In this document: positions 20,726 to 27,844 of the stretch, in pieces
How the letters are laid out: the number at the start of each line of letters is the position of its first letter
Numbering within the stretch: the first letter of the stretch is position 1
DNA from: Bacteroidia bacterium
Lineage (GTDB): Bacteria; Bacteroidota; Bacteroidia; AKYH767-A; OLB10
Direction of reading: 5' to 3'
DNA: 64,000 bases
Assembly: GCA_036274495.1 (NCBI GenBank)
Contig: DASUFP010000039.1
Coordinates: forward strand, 11,303 to 75,302
Program-made: the position numbers and the translations under genes
Notes under the pieces: generated by a model
The model's database searches: none
The model's input: only the letters and a program-made list of their open reading frames with translations
What the model was told of the DNA's origin: nothing

Positions 20726-21343
20726 TCAGTTAAACATCCCTGTTGTTTGAGCGAACAGTTTCGCCTCCTGGTACTCCCTGCATCCACGCAGGTAGCCTTC
20801 CCGGTATTGATGAATGGCTTTCATGACCAGTCCTTCATCTTCCGCCGAATAAGCCTTCTCAGCCTCCAACTTACTGATGTTGGATTCAATCTCTGAAATA
20901 CGGAGGTCAAGTTGTTCGCTCAGCCTTTCGGATAAGCCACGGGTCTCAATCTCTTGGTTGCGCAGTTGGAAAATCTCCTGCTTGCGAACATCAATTGCCC
21001 GGTCGATAATCTGACGAAAACTTGCCCGGATGATTGAAAGTTTCTGTTGCAGAAACTCCGTTGTATGCATGGCATAACCATCATTAAACCCGGTAGAAGA
21101 AAAATCAGCCTGCATGAACTCCTGCAGTGGACTCAATTGCTCTTGTTCCGGTTGTTCAACCGGCGGAGGTGTATTATCCACGAACAACCCTTTCAACAGG
21201 TCATTTGCGAATTCAGTTGAAGAATTGGATTCAACTGGTTGAGTTTCCAGTTGAGAATTGCTGGGCTCAGTTTTCGCTCCGAAGCCGAAGAGCTTTCTCA
21301 AGAAGTTCATAAGTGAATGGGTTAAAAGGTTAAAATTTTTCAT
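20726..21343 (-). CDS. Hypothetical coiled-coil protein
   Basis: 205-aa ORF that overlaps the upstream HNH gene by 14 bp. Heptad-like charged C-terminal half. Confidence 0.45.
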   Translation of the reverse strand: MKNFNLLTHSLMNFLRKLFGFGAKTEPSNSQLETQPVESNSSTEFANDLLKGLFVDNTPPPVEQPEQEQLSPLQEFMQADFSSTGFNDGYAMHTTEFLQQKLSIIRASFRQIIDRAIDVRKQEIFQLRNQEIETRGLSERLSEQLDLRISEIESNISKLEAEKAYSAEDEGLVMKAIHQYREGYLRGCREYQEAKLFAQTTGMFN

Positions 21344-21692
21344 TTGAAGGTGAGTTAATAGGGAAGGATGGTATTGTGAATAATTGATGCCCCCTTTCGT
21401 GGCATTCCCGGCACAGGGTTACCAGATACTTGTTCGCATATTGCCAGGGTAATCGTTTCTGGCCTGTTTTGGCGCAGAAATGGTACTGCCGGTGGTGGAC
21501 ATCCAAATACTTCGTAGAACCGCAATTCAGGCATTTATGTCCATCCCTGTTCAGGATTACTTTCCGCTTCTCCCTCCATTGAGTAAATTGAAGCAGTCTG
21601 GCGTATTCCGGTTGATTATTGATTATTTCTGACATCAGATTAGAATTTGTTGTGATGCCAGTCCATTGACAAAAATGTGTCCAGATTGGCAC
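21330..21692 (-). CDS. HNH endonuclease (small standalone His-Me finger nuclease). The likely start is MSEIINN near 21635
   Basis: HKCLNCGS...LDVHHR...LVTLCRECHERGH is the Cys4 Zn-finger HNH signature. Confidence 0.7.
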   Translation of the reverse strand: MPIWTHFCQWTGITTNSNLMSEIINNQPEYARLLQFTQWREKRKVILNRDGHKCLNCGSTKYLDVHHRQYHFCAKTGQKRLPWQYANKYLVTLCRECHERGHQLFTIPSFPINSPSNEKF

Positions 21693-21699
21693 CTATTTG

Positions 21700-22120
21700 T
21701 ATATCAATTGATTATAATTTTATCATCTATCATATTATGATTTATAATATCATTTTATGATATTATATCAACGTCTTTCGAAGTTCAATTGAACAGAATA
21801 TGATGTCTTTTCCCATTTGAGGAGCTTGGAAAAGCGTGATGAAAAACAGTAAAATCCTGATATTCAGTTAGTAAACGAAACCGACAGTTAACCGCAGTTA
21901 AGGGTAATAAAGAAAAGCATAGTAAACTGAAACTTGAATAAACTAAAAGCAGAATGAACCTAAACAGAAAAATAAACCTATCCGGACCTTAACCTCAGTT
22001 AAGGGTATTATAGTAAACTACAGTAAAGTAAATCATAGGAAAGATTAATAAACCCAAAGAAAAAAAAAGCAGAGTATAGGAAAACCCGCACCTTAACCTG
22101 GCTTACCGGTCACACACCAA
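21700..22120. repeat. AT-rich intergenic region with palindromic ATCATATTATGAT-like elements and ~100-bp imperfect direct repeats (cagttaagggta... x2-3)
   Basis: ttaaccgcagttaagggtaa at 21890, ttaacctcagttaagggtat at 21989 and ccttaacctggcttacc at 22091. The stretch lies upstream of the minus-strand HNH operon. Confidence 0.35.
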
Positions 22121-22132
22121 ACCTCAATTTAA

Positions 22133-22513
22133 TTAACCAACAGGAAATTTTATTTTAAAGGCTGTTGAACAAAATGCCTGAACAATATAAGACAACATTT
22201 CTGAATCCATTTTTTGAGTACGGAATTTTTTCTGGATATGGTATTTCCCATTAAATCGAACAACTGAGAAAACCGCCTTTTCCGTACAGTCCGAAGAAAT
22301 CACAAAAAAATATTTGCACTTGATAAAATGACCCCACCGGTCAGCAACCGGTTCCAGCTTATAAATACGGTAGCGGTATATTTCGGCAACCTTTTCCGAA
22401 CTGCATCCTTCCAATGCCTTTTGAATAAATCCCGAAGGCAATTCAATTGGAATTAAATCATCGTTCATAAATATACCATACGAATAATGATGATTGCTTA
22501 TTGATAGTAACAA
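22133..22513 (-). CDS. Hypothetical protein
   Basis: 126-aa ORF with no recognizable motif. Confidence 0.35.
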   Translation of the reverse strand: MLLSISNHHYSYGIFMNDDLIPIELPSGFIQKALEGCSSEKVAEIYRYRIYKLEPVADRWGHFIKCKYFFVISSDCTEKAVFSVVRFNGKYHIQKKFRTQKMDSEMLSYIVQAFCSTAFKIKFPVG

Positions 22514-22540
22514 ATCGAATTTTTATTTCGTAACTTAATA

Positions 22541-23077
22541 ATGAATCCTGTAAAAGGCTCCCAAGATAAAATAAACTGGGATGAGGTCATTATTTATGTG
22601 AGACCGGTAATCAGGAAGGCAATCAACAAACATGTTTTTTCAAAAGACCGGTTTCTTCTCCAGGACATCGAACAGGAAATCATTATCAAAATATACAACA
22701 AATTCCATTTGTTCAATCAGGATAAATCATTAAACGATTGGGTATATATTGTCTCAGTAAATCATATTCTGGATGTATTGAGAAAAATAAAACGAACAAC
22801 AGTTACTAACGAAAATCACTCTCGTTCAATTGATAATTGCCCTATACCAAGGGTTGAATCAATAAAGGTTTCTCCTTCAATTGAACTTTTAAACCAACTA
22901 CCTATAAAGTACAAAGAAATTATCATTAAAAAATACATTCAGGGATACAAACAAAAAGAAATCGCCATTCAGCTGGGTTTACCCATCGGTACAGTTTCAT
23001 CCCGAATTCAGAAAGGAATCAGCATTCTGAAATGCATGGTTCAAAATGAAAGCTTATCCCATTCAGACTGCCTGTAA
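22541..23077 (+). CDS. RNA polymerase sigma-70 family (ECF-type) sigma factor
   Basis: Region-2-like DIEQEIIIKIY...DWVYIVSVNHILDVLRK and region-4 helix-turn-helix YKQKEIAIQLGLPIGTVSSRIQKGISILK. Confidence 0.6.
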   Translation: MNPVKGSQDKINWDEVIIYVRPVIRKAINKHVFSKDRFLLQDIEQEIIIKIYNKFHLFNQDKSLNDWVYIVSVNHILDVLRKIKRTTVTNENHSRSIDNCPIPRVESIKVSPSIELLNQLPIKYKEIIIKKYIQGYKQKEIAIQLGLPIGTVSSRIQKGISILKCMVQNESLSHSDCL

Positions 23078-23652
23078 AAGTAGAATTCCACGGGCATATC
23101 ATTAATCACTTTTAAATAAATCCCGTCATCTTCGTTCAATTTCAGATATTTTACTGAACACCTTTCATTTGCATGATTTGTGATTTTATTTTCGTCAGGA
23201 ATATACCGGGAATATTCTTCAATTGAACAATCATTTATTGATTCATTTTTAAATAGGTCAATGTGAGAATAAACATATCGGAAAAGAAACGGGTTTGACT
23301 GCATGGTCACCGGTTGAAAGAAATTAATATCTTGATTCGGTATAATGTCACTCATTACATTACTTTGTTCTGAATTATATCTGCCGTTATGCTTTAACTC
23401 AACTGGCTGAAAATAATAAACTGAAAAGGTTTCCCTTTCAATCATACTGAATAAAAGCACTTTTACTGAAGTATCATATTCAATTGAAGAGGAATCATTG
23501 TTGAGGACATTTCTGAGGTGAGCTTTTACATCCTCAAATTGAAAAATAATATCAGGTAAGCTTGATTCAACTGAATACCATCCATCAGGGGTTCGGAAAA
23601 ATTCTACGAAAAAGAGGTCATCCCCAACTGCATTTTTAGCAAAGTATCTCAC
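23041..23652 (-). CDS. Hypothetical protein
   Basis: 203-aa ORF convergent with the sigma factor gene. Confidence 0.35.
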   Translation of the reverse strand: MRYFAKNAVGDDLFFVEFFRTPDGWYSVESSLPDIIFQFEDVKAHLRNVLNNDSSSIEYDTSVKVLLFSMIERETFSVYYFQPVELKHNGRYNSEQSNVMSDIIPNQDINFFQPVTMQSNPFLFRYVYSHIDLFKNESINDCSIEEYSRYIPDENKITNHANERCSVKYLKLNEDDGIYLKVINDMPVEFYFYRQSEWDKLSF

Positions 23653-23800
23653 CTATAAATAATTTATCAGGAGAAAAGTGGATAATCCTGGATTATGATA
23701 CTTTTCTCCTGGGCTTCTATTTCATGCAGGAAACTAAACAGTTGAAATACATATTATCTCAACCATTCAAAACTGAAAGGAAACGCCATTTATCCACTTT

Positions 23801-24388
23801 TTAAAGATTTAAATACGCATCTTTGATTATTTGCTGGCTAAGCCCAATGTATTTTCTGGTTATCGCTGTTGACGTGTGGTTGAAAATAGAGGATAATAAA
23901 ATTAACGATGCTTCACTCCGGTCATTAATTTCATAAACCCTACGCCCGAATGTTTTACGAAGGGTATGACTACTTGGATTCTGTACTTTTATTTTAAATT
24001 TATAAAACATTTTGTGCAACCGTCGATTGATGTGTTGTCGAGTATATGGCTTCCCATTCCGGCTGCAGAAAACGAATTGATTTGCATCCTTATTGTTCTG
24101 AATATTCAAATTGATAAATACCAGGTTGATAATTTCAATTAGTGAATTATTCAGAGCGATTTTCCTGAACTTTCCTGTTTTCCCTTCATGAAGGGCAATT
24201 TCATTTTTGTTTATTAATTGCTCCCACTTCAATTGAAGAATATCTCCGATTCTCATTCCACAGAAACCACCAAGACTAACAAAGAGGAGCAATTTATATT
24301 CACCTGTTTTTTTCAATGATTCGATTAAAACCAGAAATTGTCCCCAATCCATACCGGAGCATTCTGTAAGTTGATTTTGCTTTGCCAT
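23801..24388 (-). CDS. Tyrosine recombinase catalytic domain only (N-terminally truncated integrase remnant, probably non-functional)
   Basis: GMRIGD (box I Arg), HTLRKTF (His-x-x-Arg) and RKYIG (catalytic Tyr) are present in 195 aa with no core-binding domain. No ORF continues upstream. Confidence 0.55.
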   Translation of the reverse strand: MAKQNQLTECSGMDWGQFLVLIESLKKTGEYKLLLFVSLGGFCGMRIGDILQLKWEQLINKNEIALHEGKTGKFRKIALNNSLIEIINLVFINLNIQNNKDANQFVFCSRNGKPYTRQHINRRLHKMFYKFKIKVQNPSSHTLRKTFGRRVYEINDRSEASLILLSSIFNHTSTAITRKYIGLSQQIIKDAYLNL

Positions 24389-24533
24389 GTTGTTTTTTAA
24401 TAGATACGTTTCATTTTCCCCGTTTAATTATGGAAAGTGAAACTCCAATTGGTAAATCCACTAATCGACAAAACAAAAATGAATGATATTCAATTGATTG
24501 ATAAAAACGGGTTCACTTATACCAGAAGTGAAC

Positions 24534-24947
24534 TTATTCAACAGGGATTCCGGTCAATTCCGACAAGCGAATTCGCTCATGATTGGTGGTTTCGATGAAA
24601 AATTTTAACCAGATGTATTTTTCTCTGACAAAGTACGGTCTGATAGCTTCCATTATCCAATTTATCTGCTTTGGATTGTCTGACGAGCAATAATGTTCAA
24701 ATGGTAGTGAAATGAAATGCATGCTATCCTGATGACCTGATTCAATCCCAACCAGGCTGATATTGAAGAATGATATTCTGTTTAGTAAAGTTGGAAGGTC
24801 ATCAAATGAACAAAGCACAAAGTCGGAATCGTGGACCATTCCTTCCAGTATAAATTCAATCATTAACACCTTCTCAAATTGCAATGCAGGTGATGTGAAT
24901 AAAAGTGAATTGAATTTTATTCTTGCCAGTTTTGTAATCAGTACCAT
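24534..24947 (-). CDS. Hypothetical protein
   Basis: 137-aa ORF. Confidence 0.3.
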   Translation of the reverse strand: MVLITKLARIKFNSLLFTSPALQFEKVLMIEFILEGMVHDSDFVLCSFDDLPTLLNRISFFNISLVGIESGHQDSMHFISLPFEHYCSSDNPKQINWIMEAIRPYFVREKYIWLKFFIETTNHERIRLSELTGIPVE

Positions 24948-24990
24948 ATTTCAGTAATACGAAACCGACTACAAATCTGATTAATTGAAT

Positions 24991-26439
24991 TTATGAAAAC
25001 ATGTCGGGGTCAATATTAGCATCCTTCATCTTTTTCACCAACGTATTCACACTTCCATATCCAATTGCCAATCGTGTTTGTTCTTTGTTTCCGTTTTTCA
25101 GTTTGAGCACACGTTTAATATGTTCAGCTTCTACATGCTCAATCCTAAGTGGATTTTCTATCGGACTTACAATCATGCGTTCAGGCAAATCCTTTACTTG
25201 GACCAGACCATCACAAAAAATATGCAGTTTAGCAATCAAATTTTCAAGCTCACGCAGATTGCCTGGAAAATGATAATTCAACATAACTTCCATAGATTGT
25301 TTGTCGAACTCCAACAGTTTGGTTCGCTTTAGTTTTTTCTTGTAAAGTTTATTAAAAAACTCAATCATGTTTTTTAGCTCTGCTTTCCCCCTTTCCAGCA
25401 AGGCCGGTATATGTAATTCGCCAACAGCAAGCCGATAATATAAGTCCCACCGAAATTTATCCTCTTCACATCTCTTAATCAGGTTTTGATTGGTAGCACA
25501 AATTATCCTGACATCCACTTTTTCGGGTTTACCTCCAACCGGGTGTATTTCCTTCTGTTGTATGACTCGCAACAAAGCTTGTTGCATATAAGGGCTGATA
25601 TCACCAATTTCATCAAGAAAAATACTTCCTTTATCTGCTTCATGGAATAAGCCAGGCGCATCCTTGCCTGCCCCGGTAAAAGCCCCCTTTTTATAACCGA
25701 ACAGTCTTGATTCAAGAAGCTGGTCTCCTATACCGGCACAATTGAATACAATGAATGGTTTCCCTTTACGTGTTGATTGTTCGTGCACATAATTTGCCAG
25801 GTGCTCTTTACCGACTCCACTCATACCTAATATCAATGTTGTGATGTCATCGGTATGTGCAATTTTTAATGCCTGGTCATAAACTGGCTGAATCGAATCG
25901 GTTATTATATAATCAGAATCCTGTTTTGGTTTACCCGATTTCGATAACTCATTATCGAGTATAGTTACTGCCGTCGGGATTTGACTTTGTTCAAAGTTAA
26001 TTTCAACGAGCTCCGGCCTTTCCTTGCTTTTCGTGAATTTAGCTTCTCTTGATTGGAGTAATCTTGTCTTATAATTACCCCCCAGATGTATGAAATACCA
26101 GGCAATCTGCATTTGTGGGGTTCCCGGACTAACGAAAATATCAATCTCATCATCCTTTATGGATAGCATCCATCGCTCGACTTTCTGCCTGATTTCATTT
26201 ACATTAATTACATCATCCACACCCAAGTAAACAATTTCGAATTCCCTGCCTTTAAACTTTTTGGACAATAAGGTAAAAAGCTTTAGCGCACGCAAATCGT
26301 CCTCTTTTGCGCTCGACAAAATGTAATGTTTATCATGCTCGAAAAAGTTGCTATGGAACGAACATGTAGGTCCACTTTCAATTGCCTCTCCATCTTTGAA
26401 ATCATGCTGGAACGCTAACCAACTTACAAGAATTTTCAT
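24991..26439 (-). CDS. RtcR-like sigma-54-dependent transcriptional activator (N-terminal CARF-like domain + AAA+ sigma-54 interaction domain with GAFTGA + C-terminal helix-turn-helix)
   Basis: Walker A GMSGVGKE. FGYKKGAFTGAGKD contains the GAFTGA loop. The C-terminal Fis-type helix-turn-helix is present. N-terminal DIFVSPGTPQMQIAWYFIHLG closely parallels the E. coli RtcR CARF motif IHITTGTHVAQICWFLL. Confidence 0.8.
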   Translation of the reverse strand: MKILVSWLAFQHDFKDGEAIESGPTCSFHSNFFEHDKHYILSSAKEDDLRALKLFTLLSKKFKGREFEIVYLGVDDVINVNEIRQKVERWMLSIKDDEIDIFVSPGTPQMQIAWYFIHLGGNYKTRLLQSREAKFTKSKERPELVEINFEQSQIPTAVTILDNELSKSGKPKQDSDYIITDSIQPVYDQALKIAHTDDITTLILGMSGVGKEHLANYVHEQSTRKGKPFIVFNCAGIGDQLLESRLFGYKKGAFTGAGKDAPGLFHEADKGSIFLDEIGDISPYMQQALLRVIQQKEIHPVGGKPEKVDVRIICATNQNLIKRCEEDKFRWDLYYRLAVGELHIPALLERGKAELKNMIEFFNKLYKKKLKRTKLLEFDKQSMEVMLNYHFPGNLRELENLIAKLHIFCDGLVQVKDLPERMIVSPIENPLRIEHVEAEHIKRVLKLKNGNKEQTRLAIGYGSVNTLVKKMKDANIDPDMFS

Positions 26440-26498
26440 TATGTATCAGTATTTGACATGTAAATGTAATTATTGATAGACCCAAAAATAATATATAT

Positions 26499-27806
26499 TT
26501 GTATTTCAGCAAATTAATATTTGGAACATCAATTGAAAACGTATTAGGGTCAAACTATAAGCCAAAATCTATGAAAAACACCCTGATTTGCCCAAACTGT
26601 CGCCATGAAATTGATATAGAAAAAGCCTTGTTTGACCAGATTGCTTCACGGCAAAATGCTGAAATTCAACGTAAAAGAAAGGAATTGGAAGCATTAATAT
26701 CCGAACAGGAGAGTGTACTCCAGGAAAGGGAAGCCGAACTGAAAAACAAGATAGCTACTCAGGAGGAAGTTCTGAATTCCAAATTGAAGGAAAGGGAAGC
26801 CCAGATGAAAGAAAAACTCCGGTTGGAAATTTCCGATTGTTTAAGGATGGAAGTGGAAGAAAATAGGTTGAAAATGGAAGAGCAAAAATCCGAACTTAAC
26901 GCTCTTAAAAAAAGGGAGTTGGGTTTGCTCAGGGAGAAAGAAAAACTGGAGCAGGAACGCCAGGATATGGAATTAACTTTACAGCGCAAACTCACGGAAG
27001 AAAAAACCGCCCTGGAGGAAAGAGTTCGGAAACAAGAGCAAGAGTCCAACTTTCTCAGAAATCAGGAAAAAGATGAGCTTATTAATAATCTGAATCTCCA
27101 AATGAGCGATATGAAGCGCAAGTTGGAGCAGGGCTCCATGCAAAGCCAAGGTGAAATCCTCGAGCTGGAGTTGGAACGGATGCTGACAGCGCAATTCCCC
27201 TTTGATGATATCAGGGAGGTACCAAAAGGGGTAAACGGAGCGGATTTAGTTCAGGAAGTTAAGAATATTCGTCAGCAAAAGTGTGGTAGCATTTTATACG
27301 AAACCAAACGTACGAAGAACTTCAGTCCGACCTGGATTGATAAACTGAAATCCGACCAGCGAACTGTAGCTGCTGAAATAGCAGTACTCGTAACAGAAGT
27401 TCTACCAAAAGGAATGACACATTTTGGTTTGATGAATGGAGTTTGGATTTGTACATTTCAGCAAGTAAATTCACTGGTATTGGCACTCAGAGAAGGGTTA
27501 TTACAGATACAAGATGTCCGAGCTTCCGGTGAAAACAAATCCGGCAAGATGGCGCAGCTTTACGAATACCTAACCAACCAAGAATTTGCAGGGCAAATTC
27601 AGGCAATAGTCGACGGATTTGTGGGACAAAAAGATTTGCTTGAACGGGAAAAACGGTCGATGCAAGCTGTTTGGAAGCAACGAGAAAAACAAATTGAGAT
27701 GTGTACACAATCCGCCATAAGCTTATATAGCACCATTAAAGCTATTGCAGGGCACAATTCGATTTCAATTTCTTCATTGGAATTGCCAATTAACCAATTG
27801 ACCTAA
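26499..27806 (+). CDS. DUF2130-like protein (N-terminal zinc ribbon, long coiled coil, conserved C-terminal domain). The likely start is MKNTLICPNC at 26571
   Basis: CPNCRHEID zinc ribbon, a ~180-aa Glu/Lys/Leu-rich coiled coil and a conserved C-terminal region. It is the first gene of the plus-strand defense operon. Confidence 0.5.
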   Translation: MYFSKLIFGTSIENVLGSNYKPKSMKNTLICPNCRHEIDIEKALFDQIASRQNAEIQRKRKELEALISEQESVLQEREAELKNKIATQEEVLNSKLKEREAQMKEKLRLEISDCLRMEVEENRLKMEEQKSELNALKKRELGLLREKEKLEQERQDMELTLQRKLTEEKTALEERVRKQEQESNFLRNQEKDELINNLNLQMSDMKRKLEQGSMQSQGEILELELERMLTAQFPFDDIREVPKGVNGADLVQEVKNIRQQKCGSILYETKRTKNFSPTWIDKLKSDQRTVAAEIAVLVTEVLPKGMTHFGLMNGVWICTFQQVNSLVLALREGLLQIQDVRASGENKSGKMAQLYEYLTNQEFAGQIQAIVDGFVGQKDLLEREKRSMQAVWKQREKQIEMCTQSAISLYSTIKAIAGHNSISISSLELPINQLT

Positions 27807-27844
27807 TTAAACAATAAAAATTACATTTATTATATATTCAATTC

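Noticed and set aside
21664-21683. TGGCAC-N5-TGTA sequence resembling a sigma-54 -24 element
   Set aside because: The -12 element is poor (TGTA/TTGT with wrong spacing), and it points away from any plus-strand gene. Probably chance.
25001-26153. Small ORFs 25001..25273, 25078..25332, 25503..25715 and 25965..26153 within the sigma-54 activator gene
   Set aside because: Antisense or alternate-frame ORFs inside a gene with clear Walker A, GAFTGA and helix-turn-helix motifs.
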